Position numbers and translations under genes: made by a program. The notes beneath the pieces are model-generated. The model saw only the letters and a program-made list of their open reading frames with translations. It was not told the DNA's origin and did not search any database. From assembly GCA_030141605.1 (NCBI GenBank), contig JAQGDQ010000019.1:1240001-1304000 (forward strand): a DNA stretch of 64,000 nucleotides. The letters run 5' to 3'. The stretch is from Tubiluchus corallicola. Its lineage: Eukaryota; Animalia; Priapulida. Positions 50,701 to 63,300 of this stretch are shown one piece after another; positions within the stretch are counted from its first letter, which is position 1; each line of letters starts with the position of its first letter.

Positions 50701-51668
50701 ACTGAGTTATAATTACTCGGCTTTTGTGTCGTTCAGTTTTCCACTACGTTAGCCTTCACCCAAGGGTAACAGTGACTGATAACAAGAGGCACCAACGAAA
50801 TCCTGAAATCGCTCCTGTTATCCTGAGATAGGGTGAGAGTTTTTTAAGATTTCTTGTTGTGCTTGTGCTTGCACTTGACGTTAATAATATTAATATGAAT
50901 ATTTCTTGTTTTTCTGCCTATCCAGTGCTATAAACGTAATTGCCATATGTTGCTCTTGTAATAGGTTACTTTTATATCTATCGTTAAAATTATGATTGCA
51001 AAATAACCGATCAAATATATTTAACACCTCAGTTACAACAAGTTTAGTACAGTGAAAGGGCAAATACCAAACTTCAAATACCCCAATCTGTGGATCGTGA
51101 ATTAGGCCTAGTGGCGGTTAGCTATTTGTTAATTTAGTGAGTGAAAAATAGAATGATTTTCAGATCGTCCTTGGCTCATATTCTACAATTTGTCAAAACT
51201 GAAGTCTTCACTGTTAATGTTACACAACTTTGAGAATTAAAATGTGCGTATAGTCCGAACATACAGCAAACCATAACTTGTATCTTTCGCGCCCCAGCCT
51301 CCCACAGTGGCATGTCTATCTATTTACCTATTTGCTACCTGCTTACGTATCAAATTATCAATTGACTGACCCCCCCCCCCCCAACAACCGATCGACGTAA
51401 CTATTTACCTGTCTTTTTTGCTTGTTTTTCTCCTTTAAGTTTCACCGGTCATTTACCTAAGTTGTCAACAAACAACAAAAAACACAAAAATAAGTATGTC
51501 CCAAAAATTAGTATAGCATACACAAAACTATATACTATTACTAAACACAAAAGTTAGTGTAGTATAAGCTACCAAAATACTGACAGAGATATTTTAGTCT
51601 ACGCAGCATTTATATTAGAAGTCTTGCCAATATTACTATATAAGTATTATTTATAAATCAATTATATG

Positions 51669-54600
51669 TGTTGGGAGCGGAGTAGGACATTAGCTGAAAT
51701 AGGACAATTGGCATACACGGGCTAGCCAAAGTACTGGTACCATCCGTTGTCCTTGTTTATTTAATAATAATAATTGAAAACATCAATACATGTTTAATAA
51801 CTTATGATACATCTGATAAAATAAAAGAATCTTATTCTGAGCTAGTAGAATCAAAGTGTATAAAGAGGAAGTGACGAAAGCCGCCTAATGTTACGTATTT
51901 CCTTTTTGCGATTAGCGGCTATGCTGGCGGCATCAAACGGCCATTCAGTGAAAAATTTGGAGCGCCGCATTGACTGTAATAATAATATTATTAAGTTCAC
52001 CAGTAGTGTTGGCATACGTGCAATTTTGATAAGCCAAAATCACTTTTGCGTTTTTAATAAAAGAAGTATATCTCAATTAAAAGCAATTATTAGTTTAAAA
52101 AAACTGAAAACATTTCATGAAAAGGAAAAAAATTGTAGCAATAAGTTTGTATTATGTACTTGCAAATGCCTGTTCAGTTTGCTTGTAAGTAAAATTTTAT
52201 TGTTTTTCCTGAGGAAAGAGGCTAGCTGACTGCGTGATGGGCTGCCTGCTATGTAAAGAAGTAATGCATTTTTCATTGATTTATTGATTTTTCTCTCCCC
52301 CCCTCTCTTAGAGAGAAAGAGGGGGAGAGAGAGAGAGAGAGTTAAAAGAAAGACGGAACTATGAACTATGAATTTTATTTCACACATCAAAATACAATAT
52401 TGTACACATAAATAAACAATAAATAAAATAATTTGAGTAGTGTGAGGTGAGTGTACGACCATACGGTCATTAACACACTCACCTTACTTAAATGAAAATG
52501 AAAAATTATTAAAGATATGCGTGCTTTTGTAGATGACTCAATGAAATTGATGTAATAAAGTAAATGATGTAATAATAGCAAGGAAACATAAGAAAAACAC
52601 AATATGGAATTACGATTTTGATATAAATATTGAAATAATTTTGAAATAAAGTAAAAGATGTAATGAACAGCAAGGAAACATGAGGAAAACTTAATATGTA
52701 ATTACGATTTTGATATAGGCGGCGATGAATGAATAATTTCATTTAAATTGATTTATACCTTACTAATAAAGTAACAAAGGTCGTAATGGTACCTATTAGC
52801 AAAAGAAAAACATTAGTGCAAAAAATGACCAAATTCAAGCTGTCATATTGTCCATGCATAACTCAATATGAGAAAAACATGCAAAATAATAACAATAATA
52901 CTAAATAAAAATAATAAAAAACAAACTAAATAAAATGAAAAGCAAGCTAGCCAAACAGAAATTTAAACAAACTTTCAAATAGGGAACTGAATCAAGCTGC
53001 AAAGTACATGCATTAAAATAATACTAAAGAGTCTAATTAATAAACAAAACAAAAGAACATTATACAAGTACATTTTTTACACGTAAGCAAACTGTATTTA
53101 ATGAACATTTATTTTGATGTAAGCCTAACTGAATCTTAAAAAATTAGGCCAAATATAAGTAATGTCTGCACATGATATTATAAGGTATTATGACACGCGT
53201 GCAGATTCTAATTTATGCTTCTCGCCTGAATTCTTTAACTAGGTTTTGACATAGTTAGTTGGTTGTTATAGAGTTGGAAGTTATGTCGGCTGCTTAGGAT
53301 GACAGCTCTGATGTTTCCTTCAGTTATTTTTTGTTCACTGATAATAAAAAAGAGGAGTAATGTCGTAAATACATCTCTGCTTGTTCAACGTAATTTTATA
53401 ACTAACTCCAACTCATAACAAAGGCCAATGTATGATTATATGCTTTTTAAACATTTTTTAACTTGGAATTAACAAAACATGCAGATGTTTAGATTAAGTT
53501 ATGTTCTGGAAAATTATTTGCTCTTCTGAAAAAATCGATTTTTTTCTATGAAAGGTATTACACATGAAAGTCAGGCCTAATATATCTTCAAGTTATATTT
53601 CCTGATAAGAACATATGAAATAGAAATGTTTTTTAGAAAAAATATTTCTCCAGAAATCGAATACTACATGAGCCAGGTATTCTTTCTTTTGATCAACTTT
53701 CTTAACTTCTTTTGTAAATAAGCCTATTAATTTTTATGAGATATGATTATAATAATTTTTATTTTAACTACAAATTATTCTTAACGCCTTATGCTTACTT
53801 TAAATAATATTCAAAAAGATAACAGCTGCTATAAATCGTCAAAGAGAGATGTAGGCCTTGCAGTCTTTGCTTAGCGTACAAAATATTTAACTAGTAACAA
53901 AAGTTTCAAAACTGTGTTATAATTAACATTTTATTATAATTACCTGGCTGCATCCTTGCGAAATTTAAAAAGATATCTTTTTGTGTTTTTGCAACTCACT
54001 GCTGAGCAATTTATGAATGCCTGTTAACCGGGCTGGTTTTGATGGTCTCATCAATTCATCTGCTACAGTACCCACAGCCTGCGCTGTTGCGTACCTGACA
54101 ACAACAGGCCGCACTGAATAGCCGCTAGGGCGACACTAATTGCGCGAACTACTGCGCAGAAGGACTTTCCCTACTTTATTGTATACTTTGGTAGAATGGT
54201 CAACATTAAATTTGGTTTCAATATTAATCTTTTTCAAGTGAAATAAACCCACTTCTTAGGTGATTCCAACATTTGCTTAAGGCATATCATTTTTTTATTT
54301 TGTCTCACTTCACAGACAGGTGATCTGTTTCACTACCTCTTTGACAAATAATTGTTTTCTGCTAAGTAAACGGGTTAGTGAGCTATATGCTCTACATAGT
54401 TTTTCTCCTTAAAGCATTAGATAGACATAGACATAGGCATTTTATTTTTCTCCAATTTGTGTCACAAATTTTCGTTTTACAAAAAATAACTTTGTCTGTG
54501 GAAATGGGGCGAGGAAAGACCGTAGGTCATCTACTTACTCACCCCTTATAATTTAATGTTGATGACAGAAAAAGAATTGATGACACTGGATGCAAATAAA

Positions 54601-54884
54601 CTAACAAAATAAAGATACTTAGTTTAATGTTATGATGTTATTAATGAAGCTAATAATAGTGATGATGTCATTGTAGAAAATACATTTGCGAATTGTCACG
54701 GACTATCCAACATTATTGTAAAGTTTCTTTTTTTCTAAAACAAATTTAATTTTATGTTTCATTATGTCATAGCTCTCGATTTTTGAGAGCAATCGCCAGT
54801 GCCCTACAACACTGGTTTTCTGCAAATTTAGCACATGCAGTTAGCGAGTGTCCTATTGGCTAGTCGCATACTCTGCGCCCTACA
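51669..54884. mobile_element. Older copy 2 of the TGT...ACA family, split by a nested insertion
   Basis: Starts TGTTGGGAGCGGAGT and ends GCGCCCTACA. TSD ATATG at 51664-51668 and 54885-54889. Segments 51735-51851 and 54191-54395 match 26025-26335. Confidence 0.8.
51852..54190. mobile_element. P-element-like non-autonomous insertion (2.3 kb)
   Basis: Ends CAAAGTGTATAA / TTGTATACTTTG, 7-bp TSD GTAGAAT (51845-51851, 54191-54197). The empty site is visible in copy 1 at about 26131. Confidence 0.7.
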
Positions 54885-54909
54885 ATATGTATATAATTTT
54901 CATATAATA

Positions 54910-55341
54910 TGTGTGTACCCGTGCATGACAAAATTGTCCATAAGTCGACAATTAAGCTTTTTTAGTTATTCACACATCCTGAATCTCCATTTCATGATCA
55001 CTTTGATGCCATGAAGCTCATTGCTCCATGTTATTTCTAAGCTAAGATGATCCACGTTGAAGTTGAGTTTGAAAATACAAATTTTTTACAATTGCATTAC
55101 TAGTTTCTGGTCAGAAAAGAGGGTACAGGGTTATGAAATTAAATTTTTAGTATTTTTTTAACATTTTCTTGATAATTTTATGCTAGAATATAAAAATCCA
55201 ATCTATTTAATGTTTGTCTTTATAAAAAAACAACAAAATATTGACATTTGACCAAATTTTAGGTGCATTCTACTTTGAAGCATCATAAATGTAATTTTAG
55301 CTATGCCGACTTATGGACGGTTTTGGTTTTCAAGCACACAT
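54910..55341. mobile_element. Degenerate TIR element, superfamily unassigned
   Basis: Inverted match TGTCCATAAGTCGACA (about 54935) / TGCCGACTTATGGACG (about 55304). Confidence 0.4.
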
Positions 55342-56124
55342 GTTACATATAATATGTATAACTGGGTTAGTCTGTGTCTACACGAGTATATTTTGAGAAT
55401 TAACACTCAGTCACATCTATCATTGCATAGCCAACTTGACTGAGTCAATCTATCAATCGTACCAGTTTTTCAGTTAGTCAGTTAGTCCAATCTACTCTGT
55501 ACTAATATTCACTAAAAAACTTTTCAGCTTTTACAAAATTACCACGTACTCAAAATTTCAACAATGTCACCAACAAAATTTCAGCATTTCAGAACACGTA
55601 CCGATAATCCCCTAATGGCCTACTGGAGCTCACTAAGCGGCTTCAAATGTTGTAGCGTAGTACATACATACGAATACTACATAACTGAAGCAAAGTAGCA
55701 TTATGTTGTGTACTTACACAGCCCACCTTCACACGGTTTTTAGTACATTTATTATAGGCATGCTGACTAAAAGCAGTATTTTGCAAAAATTTTATCATCA
55801 GCATGAATTTACAAAAATATTTTGCATGAAAACGGGTGCACATTACTACTACTAAACTAATTATATAGCTAAATTTGCTAATCTTTTTTGTAGCTCCTAG
55901 TTTAACAAGGTTAACATGATTGGCTTTTGCTCTTGAAGCCTCTAGTTTCTGGAGGGCTTTTCTGGAGCACATGAAAAATTTGCAGCATTTAGTTATTATA
56001 TGACACTATATAAGAATGTTAGTAAAATGGTCACTATCAGTTTGTATTTTTACAGGAATGATAGATCTGATGGATTTCCATAAATTATCATATTCATAAA
56101 TGCTGGCTTAATACTAGCTGATCT

Positions 56125-56673
56125 ATGTTGACAAATCTGCAAAGAGGCAATGTCCGAGCTGACACTCCAACGGTGTCACCTGTGGAACGAAATGTTTTCC
56201 ATCTAGCAGCTCAGGGCGAGTGGCTGCTTTTGGAACAAAAGATTACCAGCGGTCAGTGCCTGGTAAATGATCGTGATGAGCAAGGTTGTACAATGTTACA
56301 CTGGGCTGCATCATACGGTCAAACTGTAACGGTGGAGATGCTGTTGGATAAAGCTGCTGATCCTAGAATTACAAATCTGCATGGACAAACAGCTTTAGCT
56401 CCTGCTTGTGTTAATGGACATCATAGCATTGCACTGATTTTGTTACAACATGGAATTGATGTGTGTCAGACTGACAGTTCCATGAATACTGCATTAATCT
56501 ATGCTGTATACTACAGTCATGCACAGTGCATTAAGGTCTTACTTGATCATGGTGCAGATTTAACTGCTGTAAATGCTGATGGTAAAACAGCAGTAGAGAT
56601 TGCTTTAGCAAAGAAGGATACAAGTGTACAAGAGATATTAGAACATTACATTCTTAATATTCTAGAGTCATAA
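56125..56673 (+). CDS. RFXANK: RFXANK/ANKRA2-family ankyrin-repeat protein, intronless CDS (182 aa)
   Basis: Family-diagnostic LTNLQRGN motif followed by HLAAQGE and about four ankyrin repeats (TMLHWAASYG, TALAPACVNG, TALIYAV, TAVEIAL). Acceptor TTTTTACAG at 56047-56055 in the 5' leader. Confidence 0.85.
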   Translation: MLTNLQRGNVRADTPTVSPVERNVFHLAAQGEWLLLEQKITSGQCLVNDRDEQGCTMLHWAASYGQTVTVEMLLDKAADPRITNLHGQTALAPACVNGHHSIALILLQHGIDVCQTDSSMNTALIYAVYYSHAQCIKVLLDHGADLTAVNADGKTAVEIALAKKDTSVQEILEHYILNILES

Positions 56674-57615
56674 TGACACATTAATATTTTGAGGTATTGC
56701 AACAAATGCTTCATATTATAGTCAAGCTAACAATTTGGGATTACAGTCTCTCTTTTTTAATACTGTTCGATGTTCTGCAAACTGTCATTCAATACTCAGT
56801 GGCAGCACCTACTTCGCTTGAATGACTAAGGCAAGATCAGAAATTACTTATTTGTGTGTGTTTATGTATGTGTATAAATACATATATTTATAACATAGGG
56901 TGTATTGCCTATGTGTACCGGGTGGCAAGGACATGGCGAATCCAGAGGGCCATGCAATGATTGGCCAGGCAAATGTAGATGGGAAGTGTTAACTGCATTA
57001 ATTGACAGGAATTCTAATTCATGCCGTGAACAGAAACTGAAACTCTAAACTGAACACACATAATAAATAAAATATCATAAGAAGTTGACTAGGCTCCCAC
57101 ATTGATATTAAGATACCAGTGGGTGACTCGAAAACTTTTGTGACTATTCATTACTAATTGCTAAATATGATGTAGTTTGTAATTTAAATAAATTTTGTCA
57201 GTTACAATCTTATCTTGATCTGCCTGACATCTATACTCTGTATACCATGCAGAAAAACCAGGAAATCATTGAGCTCTTTGCTATTTTATGGTTAATAGAC
57301 TGGATTGCTGAGTTTGTAATAGAAGGCATTAAAATAAGTACAACTGAGTTCAGAGCAATGGAACGCAGCTATACATTGTATGTCATGACTAGGGGAAAAG
57401 CATCTACATGCACACATTACACATAATTTATATCAGTGCGTACTACTCAGTACCGTTTATGACTGCATTACAACTTCATTTAAATTTGCAATTATAATTG
57501 CACACAACTGAAGTTGATAATTACTTTCTTAACCAATGGTGAATACTTGAAAATTTGTTGGAGTTTTTGCTGTGACTGAGCAAAAAAATACTGTAACAAG
57601 ATCCATGAGCAAGAT

Positions 57616-57783
57616 AGGTCATGTCACATATCGCTGTTATGTCCATATCGTCCTATTATACTTGTACTTCATAAAGTGACAGTGTATTAAGTAAGGGCAG
57701 GTCATGTCACATATCGCTGTTATGTCCATATCGTCCTATTATACTTGTACTTCATAAAGTGACAGTGTATTAAGTAAGGGCAG
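57616..57783. repeat. Perfect 83-bp tandem duplication
   Basis: AGGTCATGTCACATATCG...GTAAGGGC starts at 57616 and again at 57699, with identical copies. Confidence 0.92.
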
Positions 57784-60393
57784 CTGAAGAGATAACTTTT
57801 TATGCCAATTCAGTATCTCTTCTTTTCATGCAGAACTATCAGCTTTTGTATTGCACACGAAATGTGTTTTGGCGATGAATTTTACCACATTATGATATAA
57901 AGTATACCAAATTAAATGTTGTGATGCTCGCTCATACACTGGAAAGTTAATCCAGTAATCCTGTATCTCATCCTTCAGTAAGGCAAAAAAAAATCACTAG
58001 TTCTTTCCTATTCATGACCGTATAGCCATGTTTGGTTTACCTGTAGTAACTTTGGGCCCTGAAGATTCTCAACATCTGGAGAGAGAGAGAGATGTAATCA
58101 ATACCAAGGTTTGGAAGTTTCTAAAATTTCAAATGGGAATAACTCATGGCACACACACACACACACGCTAAAATATTTATGGTAAGACTAACCTTCGTTT
58201 TGCAGGTATGATATTCATTTTATAACATGTACACATAGGAAGCAACACTACTGTTCTATACATGTAGCCAATGTAGAAGACCAAAGCAAAACAGTCGTAA
58301 TTAAATAAGCCAAACTGGCAAAATGAATAGTTATGTATGTTATCAAGATAATTATTAATTTTTTGTTTTATTGTACATTTTCACTTTTAATCACATGAAT
58401 TAAAGCAGTGCAACTCAATAAGAGCAATACAAACGAGAAGTTACTGCATGCATGCCAACAAATTTCAGTAAACAGTATTAATTTCATGAGTTAGAATACT
58501 ATTACATTGCATATTAATCCTCCGAATTTGACCCAAATACATATTGACAATGTCAAAAAGATATTTTGAATAACGTTTGCTGTCTCTTTAAAGAGTAGCA
58601 CTGTTACAGGGCAGCAAAACTAAGGAACAGTTCACCAGTTACTAGTCAAGTAAGAATTCTAACTTTAGAAAAAAGTACAATTAATTTTAATTAACTGTAT
58701 TTTTGTATCATTGTATGCCAAATCTGTTCAAAGAAACTTAATCCGTGAACTGCACTAAACTGTAAAGAACCACATTAGCGGTAATACAAATCTTTCAAAT
58801 TAAATGCAAATAGACATCTATGCAATACATACAGTTAGAAACAGTAACAAATGTAGACTCTCTCAGTAAGCATAATAGTGATTTTGTCTACTTGTGAAGT
58901 GTCTCTCATTTATCGTTGTCAAGCATTCTTGGCACCACACTATGAAATGGTATTAACATTAAATGGTATGCCTCTGTAGATGTGATTCTGCCAGCTTCCA
59001 ATGTCTCAATTCAATGCTGTTAACTTTTTTGGCCACTTTCATTACATGATTGTAATCAGTCTTGAACTCGTCCAAGCTATAGATTTTCACTGACCACTTC
59101 TGCTACCTAGATACCATCTGTATCATTCTTTGTTGCCTGACTGTCAACCTAGCAAGTCCTTGGTAAGCCAGGAACAAACATCTTAAATCCATCTGTGTAA
59201 TTCTGATACCTTTCTGTTATGATATTGGCTGGTTGACACTTTTTGCCATCAGAATACCAGTGCCTTAATTTTTTTTGCCAGGCTTCGTTAAGTCGATGCA
59301 GTGGTCTTGATCCTATTTCATATCATAGGATCTGGCTTCGGTGTGATTTTCCGCATTCCAAATGTCTCCCTACAATGACCCCAACCATTTACCAACTTCT
59401 GTCATGCTAAGTACTATGTTTGCTTGCACTGATGACTCTGTCTGATGGTTTCCTTGCCTCTTTGCTGTTCAATGAGTGTTCTAAGTTCTGATTATTAATC
59501 AATCACATTTTTAGTTCTTTAACTATATTTATAGCGCACAATGAGAAGGAAGATCCTTCTAAAGTGCTTACCTACCTGTCAACGGGTCTACATTCTGCAA
59601 CAAGTAGGGTAACAGCTTCACCTCTTTTGTTGCAGAAGCATTCAAGTATCATCAGCCTCTAAAACTTTCTTGCAGTTTTTGTCGCTTCCAATTGCAACTA
59701 ATACGAAGTGTGTCCATAAATGGTGATAAACCTTCTGCTTTAATACGAGAAAACGTACAATATGTAATCACACAGGAATAACACGAGCAGTAGCTAATCA
59801 TTTTAATCACTCAATGATAAATTGGGATTTATTTTTTAACAAAGTATGTTACCTGAAAACATATATTTCATCACAATAACAAGTGTCAAGCGTTAGTATA
59901 TGTTGCCTTCCTTGCAGCATATCATTCAATGCTCCAATTCTGGCCAACTGATGAAACGGGTATGGACGCTTAAATTAATTTCTAAGAATCTGTTATGAAA
60001 ACACAGTATATGTAGCTTTCATATATTACAAACATAAAAATTTGTACACATAGGAACATCATTATAACAAGGACAAATCTGCTGCAAACGAAATTTCAAA
60101 CCAGTACAGACATAAATTTTTACATTTGCGACAACTATTGAAAAATATGAATTTGCAAATTTGTAGCCAATTCAATTTTATAATAAAACTACAGTTTGCA
60201 ACATATTGGCAAATAACAAAAATTTCTAATAACCCACAATAATATTCATAAACTGTATTGACTTTTTTACAACATAACATTGCACATAAGCATTCCAGAT
60301 GTACTTTATTAAACTTTTAATCCATATGTTTTGTTTCATCTATGATTACCTGCAATGTTAAATAACTGATTACATGGTATGCGCAATTACTCA

Positions 60394-63300
60394 TCAAGGC
60401 TTAGTTTGAATATGTACTAGTGATCTGTCTCGTGTAAAACGACCAAGAAGACCAAATGGTGGTGGTGGTGCTATACTAAATAGTGGTCGTGGTGGTGCCA
60501 CAAAACTAAATATTGGTTGTGGCGGTGGTGGAAGTGGCTGAAATACACCAGGTGGCTGCAAACCATTATCATCTTCAGGAACGATATATCTAGTAGCTTC
60601 ACCCTTGGCACAAGACAGCAGTGGACCTGTGCGTAGAAGCCATAAGTCCAAATCTAGGTCCAAGTATGACTGCAACCGTTTTTCTTCCAGATATCTTATC
60701 ATTTCAAGATCTTGACTTCGTCGTAGTTCTTCACATTTGATGGTATTCTCCCTTGTTTTAGCTGACGGGATATCAAGATAAGGTACCATGCCAGGTGGCA
60801 GTTCACTAACTGGTACATCTTTTCCATATATATTCCTTAACTGTGCTACTGTCTTCCTCATTTTCTCCTGTCTTAGCTGTTTTTCTTTCTCTTCACGTTC
60901 CAAAGCCCTTCTTTTTTCTTCTCGCTTTCTTCTTTCTTTTTCTTCTGCTTCCCTACGAAGTTTTGTTTCTTTTTCTTCTGCTTCTCTACGAAGCTTTCTT
61001 TCTTTTCCTTCTGACACCTTACGAAGTTTTCGTTCTTTGTCTTCCGCCTCCCTGTGAAGCTTTCTTTCATTTTCTTCCCCTTCATGCCCTGTAAGCCTTT
61101 CCCTTTGTCTTTGTTCTCTTTTTTCAAGTGCTTTTACCCGTTCTTCAAGCTCTTTTGCTATTCTAGACCTTTCCTTTCGTAGTACTATCCTTTTATCAAA
61201 ATTAGGTTCACTACGTATTTTCTCTGTAATATCTTGTATTCTTTGTTGTGTCGCTGTTCTACTATCTAGGTATTCTCGTAAATCTTGTGGTTCTTCATAT
61301 TTTTCTCTATTCTTTGTTTTGCTTTTGCAACTACTTTTGCTTTTTTCTCTGTTGCTATGACTAGAACTGGTTTTATTTGCAGTGTGACAATACTTGCTTC
61401 GCGAGGAACGATCTTTTTGAACACTTTTATGCTTATCACTGACATGTCTGTTTCTTTCAGTTATTTTTACCTGTGTCTCATCTGTATAATTTCTGTTTTC
61501 TTCATCCGATATATGTAATTCATCAATATCAATTAATTCTTCACCATCCGCTAACTCCATTAACATTGCAAGATCGGGCGATTCCACAAATTCCAACTCT
61601 GCATCTATAACACTGTCAGGCTGCTGCTCTTTTCCAGAATTATTTTCCAGAATAACTTTTCTGTTATCATTTTGTGAGTTAACAGCTTTGACTCGTTGAA
61701 ATGTTTTATCTTCCAGTCTTTTTATTTTGTGTTTTTTGGATAGCTGTGAACGTGTACGCTTTTGCTTGAGTTTAATACCTGTTTCTGTCATTTTTATCAC
61801 TTTCGTTATTAAGTCTTTAATAACAGTCTTACAAACTTTTAAATCAGGATAAAGCCTTTCATTGTTAACACTATCGTACTTTTCAGCACGAGTGTTACTG
61901 TCCACTGGTAGTTCTTCATCAGATATTTCCTCACAAGATTCTGGACATTCTTCGTCAGACACTTCTTCAAATAGCAGTTCACCACCAGACATATCATCGT
62001 CAGAAATAAATTCACCATGTTCAAGAACTGCGTCAGAATTAAGTTCAGTATCTAAATCTTCGTCAGATATCATCTCGCTCTCATTTCTCATGATATCTAC
62101 CTCATTTTCTGATGACAATTCTTTGTCAGAAATTACTTCACATGATTCTCCAATAATTTCTTCTTCACTTTTATCTACTACTATCAGCTCTTCATCAGAC
62201 ACTTCTTCACAGGCTTTTGGAACATGTTTTACCTCTTGATTTTGTTCACATTTCATCTTACTCTCCAATGCCAGCTGCTCAATGGATACCAGCTCATCTG
62301 CCTTCGACATTTGGTTATCAGCTTTCATTGCTTCATTGTTTAAAGAGACTTCATTATGCAATGGAACATTTCTATTCTCTAGGGCTTCATGGGACTCGTT
62401 ACTCCTAGCCGCTAAATGTGCAGTACTTTTGCCATCTTTAATGTAGTCACCTTTCTGCCTGACAGTTTTTTCATTATTATTCATCTCACCATCTGTGTCA
62501 GGCACTTCAGCTGCCTCAATGGTTTCTGTTTCTTTCACTCTAGCCTCCGCTTCAGATTTCTCTTCAGTACGTGCCTGTGTACTTTTTTCTTCAATAGGTG
62601 TTTGTATATTATTGCCTTTACGGAAATACTGCTCTGTCTCTCGTGATTTTGATGGCTGACGTTGTTCAACTTCCGCTGATTTTGAATCACTTTTCTGTCG
62701 CTCGTTCTCCCGTGACCTTGAACGATAATGTCGTTTATCGTCATGTGATCTTGACTGAAGCTGTTGCTTAACTTCCCCTGATTTTGAACGATAATGTCGC
62801 TCAGCCCTCCGTGATTTTGAAGGCCGTCGAGGCTCTCGTGATCTTGAATGACGCCGCCGCTCAGTTTCCCGTGATCTTGAACGATAATGTCGCTCAGCCC
62901 CCCGTGATCTTGGACGCCTTTGAGGCTCTCTTGATCTTGAATGATGTCTCCTCCGTGACCTTGAACGATTGTGTCTACTGTGTAACCTAGACTGATTTTG
63001 TTTCTTATCCGATATGGAACGACGGCATTGATGAAATGACCTTGAAACTCCAGAAGAATTCGAACGACTGCATCTGTGACGTGATCTTGACCTCAAACGT
63101 TGATGCCGTTCAAGTGACCTATGTAAGGATCTAGAACGTTCACGCAGCCGTTTCTCGACTGGACAGGTTTGCAAATCACGAGATTTTGAATGACTTCTAA
63201 ATCGTCCACGTGATCTACTTCTATCCTTTGAAAGTCTTCGAACATCACACGACTTTGAAAGACTACTACAGCCATCGTTTTCTGGGCTTGTTCTATGTCT

